A stretch of 56,399 nucleotides of DNA from Deltaproteobacteria bacterium (GCA_016874935.1 VGSS01000003.1:1-56399), one strand, 5' to 3'. Positions 1 through 11,380 are shown, counted from the stretch's first letter. Numbers and translations: made by a program. Notes: a model not told the origin generated them from the letters alone.

Positions 1-2264
1 TGGGAGCTTCCTGCGACTGGTCCAGGGAACGCTTTACCATGGACGAGGGTCTCTCCGAAGCGGTCAGGGAGGTTTTTATCCGCCTCTATCAGGATGGGCT
101 GATCTACCGCAGCCATTATATTATCAATTGGTGCCCCAGATGCCAGACCGCGCTCTCCGATCTCGAAGTCGAACACCATGAGATTTCAGGGAAGCTCTAC
201 CACCTCCGGTATTCCTTCAGAGAAGGGAACCGTTTCGTGGTCGTAGCGACCACACGGCCGGAGACGGTGTTGGGCGACACAGCTGTCGCCGTTCACCCGG
301 AAGACGAACGCTACCAGCGGGATATTGGGAAAAGAGTCATCCTCCCTGTCCTCGGCAGAGAGATTCCACTCATCGGCGATCCCTATGTGGATATCGAGTT
401 TGGGACCGGTTGTCTTAAGATCACTCCTGCCCACGATTTTAATGATTTTGAGATCGGACTGAAGCATGGGCTTGAGCAGGTCAAGGTGATCGATGAGGCA
501 GGCAGGATGAATGAGCATGCCGGGCCTTATCAGGGGATAGATCGGTTTGAGTGCCGGGAGAGGATCGTCGGCGATTTTAGAAGGGAAGGGGTGCTGGTTA
601 AGACAGAGGATTATCACCACAAGGTCGGCCACTGCTACCGTTGCAAGACCATCGTAGAGCCTAATCTCTCCCTTCAATGGTTTGTCCGTACCAAACCATT
701 GGCTGAAACAGCCATAGAGGCGGTTCGGACAGGCCGCACACGGATTGTCCCTGAAGTCTGGGAAAAAACCTATTTCGAATGGATGGAAAATATAAAGGAT
801 TGGTGCATCTCCCGTCAGATCTGGTGGGGCCATCGTATTCCCGCCTGGTATTGTGAGGCGTGCGGCGAGGTGATCGTGGCAAAAGAGGGACCTCGATCCT
901 GCTCCAAATGTCGTTCCGATCGGTTAAGGCAGGAGACCGATGTCCTGGACACCTGGTTCAGTTCCGCACTCTGGCCTTTCTCCACCATGGGATGGCCTAA
1001 ACAGACAGCCGAGTTGAAGGTCTTTTATCCTACCTCTGTCCTGGTGACGGGTTTCGACATCCTCTTCTTCTGGGTGGCCAGGATGATGATGATGGGCATA
1101 AAATTTATGGGAGATGTCCCCTTCCGGGATGTTTACATCCACGGGCTGGTCAGGGATGAGAAGGGGGAGAAATATTCGAAGACCCGGGGAAATGTGGTGG
1201 ATCCTCTCGATCTGATCGACCGTTTCGGAGCGGATGCGCTCCGTTTTACCCTGGCCGCCTTAACCATGCCTGGCAGCGATCTGAAGCTTTCGGAGTCACG
1301 GACAGAAGGCTACCGCCACTTCGCCAACAAGATATGGAATGCCTCCCGCTTTGCCCTGATGAACCTTGAAACCTTAAGCCCTGATGCAATGTTTCAAGAG
1401 CATTCCTCGGAGGAGTTCAGCCTTCCGGACCGGTGGATACGGAGAAGATTGAATGAAACAATACGGTCCGTTCGAAAAGGTCTGGAAGAATATAAATTCA
1501 ACGAGGCCTGCCATGTCCTTTATCAGTTCGTCTGGCATGAATTCTGCGACTGGTATCTGGAGATGACCAAACTCTATCTTTACAGGGAAGGCGATCAGAA
1601 AAGGCAAGACCTCGCCCGGCAGACGCTTTTAGAGACGCTCGATGCCATTCTCCGGTTGCTTCATCCCTTCATGCCCTTTATCACCGAGGAGATCTGGCAA
1701 CAACTTCCCATGCGAAAAGGGAGTGAATCGATTATGATTGCCGAATTTCCAAAGCCCGATCAACGGTACGATGATCAAAAGGTGGAGGATGAGATGGCAT
1801 GGGTCACCGAGGTGGTCAATGGCCTTCGGAACATCCGCGGAGAGATGAACCTTCCTCCATCGGAACAGATCTCCGTCCATATCCGGACGAAAAGCGAAGA
1901 GGCGGAGAAGAGACTGGGAGAACAAGAACCCTTCATCCGGTTCCTCGCCTCGGTGAAAGACCTGAACATTGGGCAGAATATCGAAAAACCCCTTTACAGC
2001 GCGTATGCGGTCGTGAGGGATGTTGAGATCTTTGTCCCGATGGACCGGACACGCATGGAAGAGGAAGCCAAAAGGCTTCAAAAGGAGATCCTGAAGATTG
2101 AGAAGGAGAGCGGTTTCGTTGTGAAGAAACTCTCCAACGAGCAGTTTCTTTCGAAAGCTCCTCCGGAGGTGGTTCAGGAAGTGAAAGCAAAGGCCCTGGA
2201 GTTTCGCTCCCAGCGTGAGAAACTGGAAGAGAGTTTGGATAGAATCAAAGCGATGATCGGGTGA
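1..2264 (+). CDS. valS: Valyl-tRNA synthetase (5' end outside window)
   Basis: Frame open from the window edge. Motifs WCISRQIWWGHRIP, DVLDTWFSS and KMSKS-like KYSKT, plus a C-terminal coiled coil. Confidence 0.97.
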   Translation, partial: GASCDWSRERFTMDEGLSEAVREVFIRLYQDGLIYRSHYIINWCPRCQTALSDLEVEHHEISGKLYHLRYSFREGNRFVVVATTRPETVLGDTAVAVHPEDERYQRDIGKRVILPVLGREIPLIGDPYVDIEFGTGCLKITPAHDFNDFEIGLKHGLEQVKVIDEAGRMNEHAGPYQGIDRFECRERIVGDFRREGVLVKTEDYHHKVGHCYRCKTIVEPNLSLQWFVRTKPLAETAIEAVRTGRTRIVPEVWEKTYFEWMENIKDWCISRQIWWGHRIPAWYCEACGEVIVAKEGPRSCSKCRSDRLRQETDVLDTWFSSALWPFSTMGWPKQTAELKVFYPTSVLVTGFDILFFWVARMMMMGIKFMGDVPFRDVYIHGLVRDEKGEKYSKTRGNVVDPLDLIDRFGADALRFTLAALTMPGSDLKLSESRTEGYRHFANKIWNASRFALMNLETLSPDAMFQEHSSEEFSLPDRWIRRRLNETIRSVRKGLEEYKFNEACHVLYQFVWHEFCDWYLEMTKLYLYREGDQKRQDLARQTLLETLDAILRLLHPFMPFITEEIWQQLPMRKGSESIMIAEFPKPDQRYDDQKVEDEMAWVTEVVNGLRNIRGEMNLPPSEQISVHIRTKSEEAEKRLGEQEPFIRFLASVKDLNIGQNIEKPLYSAYAVVRDVEIFVPMDRTRMEEEAKRLQKEILKIEKESGFVVKKLSNEQFLSKAPPEVVQEVKAKALEFRSQREKLEESLDRIKAMIG

Positions 2265-2265
2265 T

Positions 2266-2562
2266 ATGGTTGGAGAAGACAGGATGAAGATGGATATCGA
2301 AAAGGTGGCGAAGCTGGCCCGCCTTGAATTATCCGAGGAGGAGAAGAAAACTTTTGGAAACCAGATGGAGCAGATCCTTGCCTATATGGAGCAACTGAAC
2401 CGTCTTGATACCACAGGGGTGGAGCCCACCTCCCATGCCATCCCCATGGTGAATGTCTTCAGGGAGGATGAGGTGAAGCGTTCCGTTTCAAGGGAAGAGA
2501 TTCTGGAGATTTCGCCAGATCAGGGAGATGGGCATTTTAAGGTGCCGAGAATCATCGAATAA
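2266..2562 (+). CDS. gatC: Asp-tRNA(Asn)/Glu-tRNA(Gln) amidotransferase subunit C
   Basis: VAKLARL...LDTTGVEPTSH...FKVPRII; lies upstream of gatA. True start may be ATG 2284. Confidence 0.95.
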   Translation: MVGEDRMKMDIEKVAKLARLELSEEEKKTFGNQMEQILAYMEQLNRLDTTGVEPTSHAIPMVNVFREDEVKRSVSREEILEISPDQGDGHFKVPRIIE

Positions 2563-2563
2563 A

Positions 2564-2773
2564 AAAGTGACAAAGTTGAAAAGTGACTAAAGTGCCTAAA
2601 ATTAAAGAACAAAAAGTTGTTATGCCGAACTTGGTTCGGCATCTCGTTTTAGCTTGAACCCCAGATCCTGAAACAAGTTCAGGATGACAGGTTCAGAAAA
2701 TTTATAATATTTTTGTATAGATTTAGACCCCAACTTTAGCTCACTTTAGACACTTTAGTCATTTTACTTCACT
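2564..2773. repeat. 9-mer tandem/inverted arms enclosing a pair of CGTC-like hairpins
   Basis: Left arm aaagtgact/aaagtgcct, right arm cactttaga/cactttagt. Internal palindromes at 2618-2644 and 2663-2689 are inverted copies of each other. Confidence 0.85.
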
Positions 2774-2778
2774 ACGAT

Positions 2779-4248
2779 ATGATTATGGAACTTCACGAAC
2801 TCACCATCCATCAGCTTCATGACCTTCTGGTCAAGAAAGAGCTGACTTCACGGGAGGCGACCGAGGCCCTCTATCGGAGAATCGGAGAGGCGGATGGAAA
2901 GATCAATGCCTATCTCATGCTCACAGAAGAGAGGGCATTCCGTCAGGCCGATGAGGTGGACCGGAAGATTGTAAGGGGAGAGGAGATCGGGGACCTTGCC
3001 GGCATTCCGATAGGCCTTAAGGATATTCTATGCACAAAAGGGATTTTGACGACCTGCGGCTCTAAGATACTGGGGAATTATGTCCCTTTTTATGATGGCA
3101 CAGTGATCCGGAAGTTGAAAGAGGGGGAGGCCGTCTTTCTTGGAAAGTTGAATATGGATGAATTTGCAATGGGCTCCTCTACGGAAAATTCTGGATTTCA
3201 GACCACACGAAATCCATGGAATCTGGACCGGATTCCGGGGGGGTCGAGTGGTGGTTCTGCCGCTGCTGTGGCCGCGGATGAATGTATCGCCGCCCTCGGC
3301 ACAGATACGGGAGGGTCCATCAGGCAACCCGCGTCCTGTTGCGGCGTGGTCGGTTTAAAACCCACCTATGGCAGGGTATCCAGGTACGGACTGGTCGCCT
3401 TTGCCTCTTCACTCGATCAGATCGGCCCCATCACAAAGGATGTGGAGGATTGTGCCATCCTGCTCAACGGGATCAGCGGCTATGATCCAAGTGACTCCAC
3501 CTCTGTCAATGTCGAGGTTCCTGATTATAAACGATGTCTGGTCAGCGATGTGAAAGGGGTTCGAATCGGAATTCCTGATGAGTATTTCATCGAAGGAATG
3601 GACCCGGATGTGGAGAGATCAACAAAAGAGGCGATCGATCTCTTTAAAAAATTGGGGGCGGAGGTGAAGGCGATTTCGCTTCCCCACACTCCTTATGCCG
3701 TGGCCATCTATTATGTCATCTGCACGGCGGAAGCCAGCTCCAACCTGGCCCGATACGATGGGGTCAAATACGGGTTCCGTTCAGACAGATATGAAGATCT
3801 GATGGAGATGTATGCCCGGACACGTTCAGAAGGTTTTGGAAAAGAAGTGAAACGGAGAATCATACTGGGGACGTATGTTCTTTCTGCAGGATATTATGAC
3901 GCTTACTATCGAAAGGCTTCCCAGGTCAGGACTCTGATGCGAAACGACTTTGAAGGGGCCTTTAAAGAAGTGGATGTGATTGTGACTCCGACGGCGCCAA
4001 CGCCTGCTTTCCGGATCGGAGAAAAGGTGGAAGATCCGCTACAGATGTACCTCTCCGATATCTTGACCATCCCGGTCAACCTGGCCGGAATCCCTGCCAT
4101 TTCCATTCCCTGCGGTTTCAGCAGAGGAGGCCTACCCATCGGCCTCCAGATCATGGGAAAACATTTTGATGAAGGAATGCTCTTAAGGGCGGCCTACACA
4201 TTTGAACAGAATACGGATTTTCATCTAAAGAAACCGTCGCTCATCTAA
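2779..4248 (+). CDS. gatA: Asp-tRNA(Asn)/Glu-tRNA(Gln) amidotransferase subunit A
   Basis: Amidase signature [30 protein letters not shown]. Confidence 0.97.
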   Translation: MIMELHELTIHQLHDLLVKKELTSREATEALYRRIGEADGKINAYLMLTEERAFRQADEVDRKIVRGEEIGDLAGIPIGLKDILCTKGILTTCGSKILGNYVPFYDGTVIRKLKEGEAVFLGKLNMDEFAMGSSTENSGFQTTRNPWNLDRIPGGSSGGSAAAVAADECIAALGTDTGGSIRQPASCCGVVGLKPTYGRVSRYGLVAFASSLDQIGPITKDVEDCAILLNGISGYDPSDSTSVNVEVPDYKRCLVSDVKGVRIGIPDEYFIEGMDPDVERSTKEAIDLFKKLGAEVKAISLPHTPYAVAIYYVICTAEASSNLARYDGVKYGFRSDRYEDLMEMYARTRSEGFGKEVKRRIILGTYVLSAGYYDAYYRKASQVRTLMRNDFEGAFKEVDVIVTPTAPTPAFRIGEKVEDPLQMYLSDILTIPVNLAGIPAISIPCGFSRGGLPIGLQIMGKHFDEGMLLRAAYTFEQNTDFHLKKPSLI

Positions 4249-4257
4249 TTTCGGCTA

Positions 4258-4289
4258 AATTCCGCAATCCACATTCCGCATTCCGAAAT
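4258..4289. repeat. Short 7-mer tandem (ttccgca-like)
   Basis: aattccgcaatccacattccgcattccgaaat between the convergent gatA and cutA stops. Confidence 0.6.
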
Positions 4290-4292
4290 GAA

Positions 4293-4625
4293 TTAATCGG
4301 TCATTTCCGACAGCCACTCAAGATAGGAAGAAGAGCCTTCAATGATGGGAAGGCTGATCATTTCAGGGACGGAATAGGAATGGAGGGACTTTACCCTTGC
4401 TTCGATCTCTTGAAATCTTTTTCTCTGAGTTTTAATGATCAGGAGCCACTCCTTTTCATCCCAAATCTTTTCCTCCCAGCGATAAATGGAACGAACCGGA
4501 GAAATGAGGTTGACACAGGCGGCCAGTTGTTCCTCCACCAATGCACGGGAGATGTTGAGCGCCTCTTCTTCAGAGCCACAAGTGATCAAGACCACAACCG
4601 GTTCGAATTCGATCTTCATCGGCAT
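4293..4625 (-). CDS. cutA: Divalent-cation tolerance protein CutA
   Basis: LAACVNL, SIYRWE..E.E.LLIIKT, HSYSVPE. Start placed at ATG 4625 or 4619. Confidence 0.92.
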   Translation of the reverse strand: MPMKIEFEPVVVLITCGSEEEALNISRALVEEQLAACVNLISPVRSIYRWEEKIWDEKEWLLIIKTQRKRFQEIEARVKSLHSYSVPEMISLPIIEGSSSYLEWLSEMTD

Positions 4626-4660
4626 TAACGTAACGATAACATTTACCGCTGGAGTCTGAC

Positions 4661-4825
4661 ACAAATTCCAATAACGAAGTCACAAATTCCAAATACGTTT
4701 CAATAACCAATATCCAATCAATCTGTTTTTAAAATTTGGTCATTAGAGTCTTGGAGCTTATTGGGTTATTGGCCTGCCTGCGCGAAGACGCTTCGGCGAA
4801 GGCAGGCGCTTGGGATTTGGTTATT
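4661..4825. repeat. Degenerate tandem/inverted arms with an inserted 34-bp CCTGCC...GGCAGG palindrome
   Basis: Left acaaattccaa/caataaccaa, right ttgggttattgg...ttgggatttggttatt. Right arm interrupted at 4773-4806. Confidence 0.75.
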
Positions 4826-4840
4826 CAGCCTGAATAACCC

Positions 4841-5875
4841 TCAACCTAAAACCTTTTTGAATGCCTTAAGAGCTGTTTCTACATCCTCCTTCGATACATC
4901 CAGATGGGTGACCAGGCGGATTTGTGTTTTTCCGAAGGCATGGATGAGGATTTCGTGATGCTTCATGGCTTCTGCAATCTGAAGTCCTGTTTTTCGGGTC
5001 TCGGTTACATCGAATATGACAATATTGGTTTCTACATGTTTAGGATCAAGAGAAACTCTTTTCAGTTCTTTCAAACCCACGGCGAGACGTTTTGCATTCT
5101 GATGATCTTCTTTTAGGCGTTCGATGTGATGATCCAGTGCATAAAGGCCGGCAGAAGCAATAATTCCGACCTGACGCATTCCGCCCCCGAACATCTTTCT
5201 AAAGCGGTGGACCCGGTCAATAAATATTCTGGAACCTGCAACAAGAGATCCGATAGGAGCGCCCAATCCTTTCGAGAGACAGACCGAGACAGAGTCAGCC
5301 CATTGAGCGTATTCATGGGGCCTGATCCCTGTGGCAACGGAAGCATTCCATAACCTGGCGCCGTCGAGATGAACCAAAAGACCCTTTGATTTTGTCAACC
5401 TGTAGATATCCGCCATCTTATCTATCGGATAGATGGCGCCCCCTCCCCGGTTATGAGTATTTTCGATACAGATCAGTCGGGTGACAGGAAAGTGGTGGTC
5501 ATCCGGCCGGATGGCTTCTTCGATCTGTTGAGCATCGAGAATTCCCCTGGTAGCTTTGATACAATTAAATTGTATGCCCGAAAGAGCCGCCCCTGCACCT
5601 CCCTCAAAGTTATAGGGATGGGAGGTGGCTTCAATGATGACCTCATCCCCAGGTTGGGTATGGGATTTGATCGCCAGTTGGTTGGCCATGGTTCCCGAGG
5701 GTACAAAAAGGGCCGCTTCCTTTCCGAGCATCTTGGCCACCCTCTCCTGAAGGGCGCTGACCGTAGGGTCCTCACCGAAGACATCATCTCCGACCTCTGC
5801 CTTTGACATCGTCTTTCTCATAGCAGGAGTGGGTCGGGTAACCGTATCGCTTCTAAGATCGATCCATTTTTTCAT
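4841..5875 (-). CDS. ltaE: Low-specificity L-threonine aldolase
   Basis: [28 protein letters not shown] and PLP lysine in CLSKGLGAP. Confidence 0.95.
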   Translation of the reverse strand: MKKWIDLRSDTVTRPTPAMRKTMSKAEVGDDVFGEDPTVSALQERVAKMLGKEAALFVPSGTMANQLAIKSHTQPGDEVIIEATSHPYNFEGGAGAALSGIQFNCIKATRGILDAQQIEEAIRPDDHHFPVTRLICIENTHNRGGGAIYPIDKMADIYRLTKSKGLLVHLDGARLWNASVATGIRPHEYAQWADSVSVCLSKGLGAPIGSLVAGSRIFIDRVHRFRKMFGGGMRQVGIIASAGLYALDHHIERLKEDHQNAKRLAVGLKELKRVSLDPKHVETNIVIFDVTETRKTGLQIAEAMKHHEILIHAFGKTQIRLVTHLDVSKEDVETALKAFKKVLG

Positions 5876-6110
5876 CTTTCATCTCCCAGGGGCGCTCGTT
5901 TCATTAGGAAAATACAATTTTAACCCATGGGTGTCAAGGTTTGTAACCTGCAAGAATAGGAAATAGAAGAAATAGGGTCAGATCTATTTTATTGGCATAA
6001 TTATTAAACCTAACCTTGTTTAGAGGGAGAAGAGAGGGTGAGAATAATCAGGGTTGAAAGAGAGAGGGCTTTTTTGTTATCCTCTAAGGGAACTTTTTCG
6101 GGGATAGATC

Positions 6111-8027
6111 ATGAAGCATGTGATTCTTGGCACGGCAGGACATATTGACCATGGAAAGACTTCCCTGGTCAAAGCCCTCACCGGTGTGGATACCGATCGA
6201 TTGAAGGAGGAGAAGGAGCGAGGGATAACAATCGAGTTGGGATTCACCTTTCTGGACCTCCCCAGTGGAATCCGGCTGGGTATTGTCGATGTGCCGGGCC
6301 ATGAAAAGTTTGTCAAGCATATGGTAGCAGGAGCCTGGGGGATTGATCTGGTTGCACTCGTCATTGCGGCTGATGAGGGAGTAATGCCACAGACAAAGGA
6401 ACATCTCGATATCTGTACTCTCTTGAAAGTAAAAAAAGGATTGATCATCCTTACGAAGATGGACCTGGTCGATCAGGAACTCTTGGAGATGGTTAAGGAA
6501 GAAGTGACAGAAGCTGTCAGGGATACCTTTTTAAAAAAGGCTCCCATTCTGACTGTTTCTTCCATCACGGGCGAGGGAATCCCCCAATTGATCTCGGTCC
6601 TTGACGATCTTTCGAAGGAGGTGGAAGAGAGATCCTCTGACGGTCTCTTCCGGCTGCCTATTGACAGGGTCTTCATCATGAAAGGATTCGGTTCGGTGGT
6701 GACGGGGACGGTCGTCTCCGGAGGAATAATATTGGGGGAAACAGTGGAGGTTCTTCCCTCCGGCAGGGAAGGGAAGATCAGGAACATACAGGTCCATAAT
6801 CAGTCCGTTGAGAAAGCCGAGGCCGGACAGAGGGCGGCCATCAATATTCAAGGGATTGATACTTCTGAGGTCAACAGGGGCAATGTCCTGGCCCGGCCCC
6901 GTACCCTTACCCCGACAAGAATCATCGACGCCTATCTGGAGTATTTACCCGGCGCTGCAAGACCGCTCAAAAATAGAACCATTCAGAGATTTCACGTCGG
7001 TACGAATCTGGCTGCGGCCTCGATCTACCTCATGGATCGAGAGGAGTTGTTACCGGGCGAAGGCGGATTTGTCCAGTTGAGATTGGACCGGCCCATTGTG
7101 GCTTTGCCTCAGGACCGCTTTGTGATTCGGGGTTCATCGGCCATTCAAACCTGTGGGGGAGGAGTTGTTCTGGATACCCATCCTGATAAACATAAACGGT
7201 TTTCAGAAAAGGTTATCTCCGATTTAACCCTCCTCAGAGACGGAAGCAAAGAGGAGGCCCTTCGTCAGCATATCCTCCATTCGGGCATAGGAGGAATGAT
7301 TCTGGATGACCTTCTAAAGCGAGTGGCCATGGCCCCCAATGAGGCTCAGGTCGTTATCAGGAGGATGGTTGAGAAAGGGGAACTCATCCTGATCGATCCG
7401 GAGAGACTTAAGGTGGTTGATTTCTCTCAATACCAGGAATTGAAGGAGACCGTATCGGCACAATTAAAAGAATTCCATGTACGGTTCCCGATGAAATCAG
7501 GACTGGCAAGGGAGGAGTTGAGAACGAAACTCCCATCCGGCGTGGACGTGAAACTCTTTCAAATCCTGATCGGCGAGCTCATCCAATCCGGAAAGATCGT
7601 TCTGGAGAAAGATAAGTTAAGATTGCCTGAGCACCGGGTCTCCTCTTCAGACGAGAAGGGTCTGGTCAAAAAGGTGGAAGAGGCCATCCTGAAGGGAGAA
7701 CTCCAGCCTCCTTCTCCAAAAGAACTTTCTGAGGCATGGTCTGAAGAGGAGAAGGGGATTCAAGCCATCTTTGAACACCTTGTTCACGAAGGCATTCTGA
7801 TAAAGATCAAAAGTGGAATCTATTTCCATCGCACACCCTTCGAAGATTTGAAGGAGAATCTGATCCGTTATTTAAAGAAGAACAAAGAGATCACCACCCC
7901 TCAATTTAAGGAGATGACCGGAGCATCGAGGAAGTATGTCATCCCCTTGATTGAATACTTTGATCAGATCAAATTGACCCTGAGGTTGGGGGACAAGCGA
8001 GTTTTAAGGGCTGTCAAAGATCATTAA
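6111..8027 (+). CDS. selB: Selenocysteine-specific translation elongation factor
   Basis: [29 protein letters not shown]; C-terminal winged-helix [13 protein letters not shown]. Confidence 0.96.
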   Translation: MKHVILGTAGHIDHGKTSLVKALTGVDTDRLKEEKERGITIELGFTFLDLPSGIRLGIVDVPGHEKFVKHMVAGAWGIDLVALVIAADEGVMPQTKEHLDICTLLKVKKGLIILTKMDLVDQELLEMVKEEVTEAVRDTFLKKAPILTVSSITGEGIPQLISVLDDLSKEVEERSSDGLFRLPIDRVFIMKGFGSVVTGTVVSGGIILGETVEVLPSGREGKIRNIQVHNQSVEKAEAGQRAAINIQGIDTSEVNRGNVLARPRTLTPTRIIDAYLEYLPGAARPLKNRTIQRFHVGTNLAAASIYLMDREELLPGEGGFVQLRLDRPIVALPQDRFVIRGSSAIQTCGGGVVLDTHPDKHKRFSEKVISDLTLLRDGSKEEALRQHILHSGIGGMILDDLLKRVAMAPNEAQVVIRRMVEKGELILIDPERLKVVDFSQYQELKETVSAQLKEFHVRFPMKSGLAREELRTKLPSGVDVKLFQILIGELIQSGKIVLEKDKLRLPEHRVSSSDEKGLVKKVEEAILKGELQPPSPKELSEAWSEEEKGIQAIFEHLVHEGILIKIKSGIYFHRTPFEDLKENLIRYLKKNKEITTPQFKEMTGASRKYVIPLIEYFDQIKLTLRLGDKRVLRAVKDH

Positions 8028-8076
8028 GGGCGGGATAGAGGTCCATGCCGCACCATTTTGAAGAGAGGAGTTTGAG

Positions 8077-8778
8077 ATGAAAATTAAAAAGAAGATCACG
8101 AAGAAAAAATTGAAACAACCGGACGAATTTATCAGCTTCACGGAAAAGAGCTATCTCTTTATCGGCGAACATATTGAAAAGATAAGCGTCGGCGCGATTC
8201 TCGTTCTGGTTCTCATCTTATCTTTCTTCCTGTTTTGGATGTGGGATCAGAGAAAGGAAGATGAGGCAAATCAAAAATTTATGTTAGCTCTTGAAGCCTA
8301 TCAGATGGTCAGCTCTCCATATCGTGAAGGGTCGCCGGCCGATTACAAAAAGGCTCTGGAAGGATTTGAGGAGGTGATTAAGGCCTATTCAAGGACATCT
8401 TCCGCAAAATCCTCTCTCATCTATAAAGGGGGAATTCATCTCCGTCTGAGTGAATTTGATGAAGCGATCAACGCTTACGATACCTTTTTAAGGAAAGCCG
8501 GGCAAGAAAGGTTGTATCAGCTTTTTGCCCTTGAGGGGTTAGGGTATGCTCACGAAGGGAAGAAGGATTATGAAAAGGCCGTGAAGGCGTATCAGGAGAT
8601 CGTTAAATTTGGCGAAAAATACCAATGGGCAGGTATTCACTTGAGTTTAGCGAGATGCTATGAGAAACTGGGAAAAAACGACGAAGCTCTTGAAAATTAC
8701 AAGGCTTTTTTGAAAACCTCACCAAAATCCCTTTCGACTAACTCTGTTCTTAAAAAGGTATCCGTTTTAGAGAAATAG
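8077..8778 (+). CDS. Membrane-anchored TPR protein (YfgM-like)
   Basis: Basic N-terminus with LKQPDEF, one TM helix, then TPR-like repeats. Confidence 0.75.
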   Translation: MKIKKKITKKKLKQPDEFISFTEKSYLFIGEHIEKISVGAILVLVLILSFFLFWMWDQRKEDEANQKFMLALEAYQMVSSPYREGSPADYKKALEGFEEVIKAYSRTSSAKSSLIYKGGIHLRLSEFDEAINAYDTFLRKAGQERLYQLFALEGLGYAHEGKKDYEKAVKAYQEIVKFGEKYQWAGIHLSLARCYEKLGKNDEALENYKAFLKTSPKSLSTNSVLKKVSVLEK

Positions 8779-8807
8779 ATAGGTATGTTAAATATTTCAC
8801 TAAGTAG

Positions 8808-8836
8808 TTGACAAATAAAATTTTTTTAGTTAATTT
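8808..8836 (+). promoter_or_regulatory. Possible sigma70 promoter of iorAB
   Basis: TTGACA-N17-TAATTT (weak -10), with a strong AAGGAGG SD before ATG 8867. Confidence 0.4.
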
Positions 8837-8866
8837 GGGAAAACTATCACAAGAAAGGAGGAGCTT

Positions 8867-10681
8867 ATGGAGAAAGTCCTTCAGGGAAATCATGCTATAG
8901 CGAGGGGAGCGTGGGAGGCAGGGGTAAGGGTAGCCTGTGCCTATCCAGGGACACCGAGCAGCGAAATTATTTTTGTCATTGGCACACAGTATAAAAAAGA
9001 TATTCAGGCTGAATGGTCGGTCAACGAAAAGGTATCTTTGGAGGTGGCAAGTGGAGCTTCCATTGCGGGAGCCAGAGCCATGGCCTCAATGAAGCATGTG
9101 GGATTAAATGTGGCCTCTGATCCGTTGATGACCCTTTCTTATACAGGAGTCAAAGGGGGTTTGGTCGTCGTTGTGGCTGATGACCCCTATGCTCACAGCT
9201 CGCAGAATGAGCAGGACAGCCGCCACTGGGCAAGGTTCGGAAAGATGCCCATGCTTGAGCCGTCTGATTCTCAAGAGTGTAAGGATTTTACGAAACTGGC
9301 TTTTGACATGAGCGAACAGTATGACACTCCCGTTCTTTTGCGGACCGAGACCAGGGTCTCGCACTCCTTTTCCATTGTAAAATTGGAGGAACGGAGAGAG
9401 TCGGCAATGCCCCTGGGGCTTAACAAAAAAGATGCCTCTAAATTCACCATGGTCCCCATCTATGTCCGCGAGAGACGCCCCCTTGTTGAAGAGAGGATGA
9501 GGAAGCTTGAAGTTTTTGCGGATGAGTTCAATTATAATGTCATGGAAATCAATGACCCGAAAATCGGGGTCATCACCAGCGGGGTCTGTTACAATTATAC
9601 CAAGGAAGTTTTTCCAGAATACTCCTATCTGAAACTCGGGATGGTCTGGCCTCTTCCTAAGAAACTGGTCTCGGATTTTTACAAGAAGGTTAAAAAAGTG
9701 ATCATCGTGGAGGAACTCGATCCCTTCTTCGAGACCGAAATCCGGGCGATGGGTTACAAAATCTTTCACGGGAAGGATGTGATACCTGCGATCTATGAAC
9801 TTTCACCTGAAATTATCGAGAAATCCTTAAAAGGAAAGAAGTATAAAGCCCCAAAGGAGAGGATCAAGGCTGAGGAGCTTCCGAAGAGGCCGCCCAATTT
9901 GTGTTCGGGTTGTTCTCACCGGCCGATGTTTTATGCCCTGAAGAAGCTGGATCTCTTTGTCTTCGGAGATATCGGCTGTTACACCCTTGCGGCCGCGCCT
10001 CCGCTCAATGCCGTTCATACGACCATCTGTATGGGCGCCGGAGTGGGCGAAGCGTTTGGTGCGGCAAAGGTACTCGGCAAAGAAGGGTTGGGAAAAGCCT
10101 GCGCCGTGCTTGGCGACTCCACCTTCCTTCATGGAGGGGTGACCCCTCTGATGAATATAGCCTATAATAGAGGGAATTCAACGACCATCATTCTGGATAA
10201 TCGGGCTACCGGAATGACAGGCCTTCAGGAACATCCGGGCACGGGCTTTACGATCACTGGCGAGCCCGCTCCCATGGTTGATTATGAAGTCCTTTGCCGG
10301 GCTCTGGGCATTGAACATGTGCGGAAAGTAGACCCCTATCGTATCAAAGAAACGATGGAGATCATCAAGGAAGAGGTTGAGAGGGATGCGGCTTCGGTCA
10401 TCATTACAGTGAATGGACCCTGCATGCTTCACCGGAGGGAGAAGAGGCAATTTGAACATGCTTTCTACACCATTGACACGGACAAGTGCAGGGGATGCAC
10501 GATGTGCCTTGAGATCGGATGCCCTGCGATCAGCTGGCAGGAAGTCTCCGGCGATCAGGCTATCACAAAAGACGGCCACAAGAGGAAAGGAGTTGTTCAA
10601 ATTAACAGGCTACAGTGCCCGGGTTGTGGCGTCTGTCAACAGATCTGTAAATTCGAAGCAATTATTCCTGGACAGGCATAG
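8867..10681 (+). CDS. iorA: Indolepyruvate:ferredoxin oxidoreductase alpha subunit
   Basis: GNHAIARGA, YPGTPSSE, MKHVGLNVA, RPPNLCSGCSH, TPP motif GDSTF and two C-terminal CxxCxxC clusters. Confidence 0.95.
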   Translation: MEKVLQGNHAIARGAWEAGVRVACAYPGTPSSEIIFVIGTQYKKDIQAEWSVNEKVSLEVASGASIAGARAMASMKHVGLNVASDPLMTLSYTGVKGGLVVVVADDPYAHSSQNEQDSRHWARFGKMPMLEPSDSQECKDFTKLAFDMSEQYDTPVLLRTETRVSHSFSIVKLEERRESAMPLGLNKKDASKFTMVPIYVRERRPLVEERMRKLEVFADEFNYNVMEINDPKIGVITSGVCYNYTKEVFPEYSYLKLGMVWPLPKKLVSDFYKKVKKVIIVEELDPFFETEIRAMGYKIFHGKDVIPAIYELSPEIIEKSLKGKKYKAPKERIKAEELPKRPPNLCSGCSHRPMFYALKKLDLFVFGDIGCYTLAAAPPLNAVHTTICMGAGVGEAFGAAKVLGKEGLGKACAVLGDSTFLHGGVTPLMNIAYNRGNSTTIILDNRATGMTGLQEHPGTGFTITGEPAPMVDYEVLCRALGIEHVRKVDPYRIKETMEIIKEEVERDAASVIITVNGPCMLHRREKRQFEHAFYTIDTDKCRGCTMCLEIGCPAISWQEVSGDQAITKDGHKRKGVVQINRLQCPGCGVCQQICKFEAIIPGQA

Positions 10682-10690
10682 GAGGGGAAG

Positions 10691-11275
10691 ATGGAAGATA
10701 GAGTGACCAATATTCTGTTATCAGGGGTTGGAGGCCAGGGAACGATTCTGGCCAGCGATATACTCTGCTCCGTATTTCAAGAGGTAGGCTATGATGTGAA
10801 AAAGGCAGAGGTTCACGGAATGGCGCAGAGAGGCGGAGATGTGACCACCCATTTCCGGTTCGGCAAAAAGGTCTATTCCCCGCTGATCAAATACGGAGAT
10901 GTGGATTACCTTGTCTCCTTCGAACTTCTGGAGGGGCTCCGCTATGTTAATTGGCTAAAAAAGGATGGAAAAGTCCTTCTCAATAACCAGGAAACATACC
11001 CTCCTGCCGTTACCCGGGGGACGATGAAGTATCCGGAGAATGTGGTTAAGACGTTCAAGAGATTTTTTAATGGAAATGTCTATGCTATTGATGGATTAGG
11101 CATTGCGGTCCAATGCGGCGATTCGAGGGCTGTCAATATTGTCACCCTTGGCGCCTTCTCCAATTTTTTTGACATTAAGGAGGAGGTCTGGGAAAGGAAT
11201 CTCCTTGAACACCTTCCTAAAAAAGTTCATGAACTCAATTTGAAAGCCTTCAAAGAGGGGAAGAAGGCTATTTAA
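10691..11275 (+). CDS. iorB: Indolepyruvate:ferredoxin oxidoreductase beta subunit
   Basis: GVGGQG, EVHGMAQRGG; directly follows iorA. Confidence 0.95.
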   Translation: MEDRVTNILLSGVGGQGTILASDILCSVFQEVGYDVKKAEVHGMAQRGGDVTTHFRFGKKVYSPLIKYGDVDYLVSFELLEGLRYVNWLKKDGKVLLNNQETYPPAVTRGTMKYPENVVKTFKRFFNGNVYAIDGLGIAVQCGDSRAVNIVTLGAFSNFFDIKEEVWERNLLEHLPKKVHELNLKAFKEGKKAI

Positions 11276-11297
11276 TCGGACCGGGCAATTGCCATTG

Positions 11298-11336
11298 AAG
11301 GGGCGAAGGGAGTTTCTCTTTGCCCCTTTGTTTTTT
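11298..11336 (+). terminator. Rho-independent terminator after iorB
   Basis: Stem aaggggcgaaggga / tctctttgcccctt followed by a T run. Confidence 0.75.
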
Positions 11337-11380
11337 AGGCCTGCTCATTTATAATTTTATAAAGACGGAGGCAGCAAAGC

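Noticed and set aside
5970-6020. Degenerate hairpin aaatagggtcagatcta...taaacctaaccttgttt
   Set aside because: It pairs only with many G:T or mismatched positions and has a single copy in the window, too weak to call.
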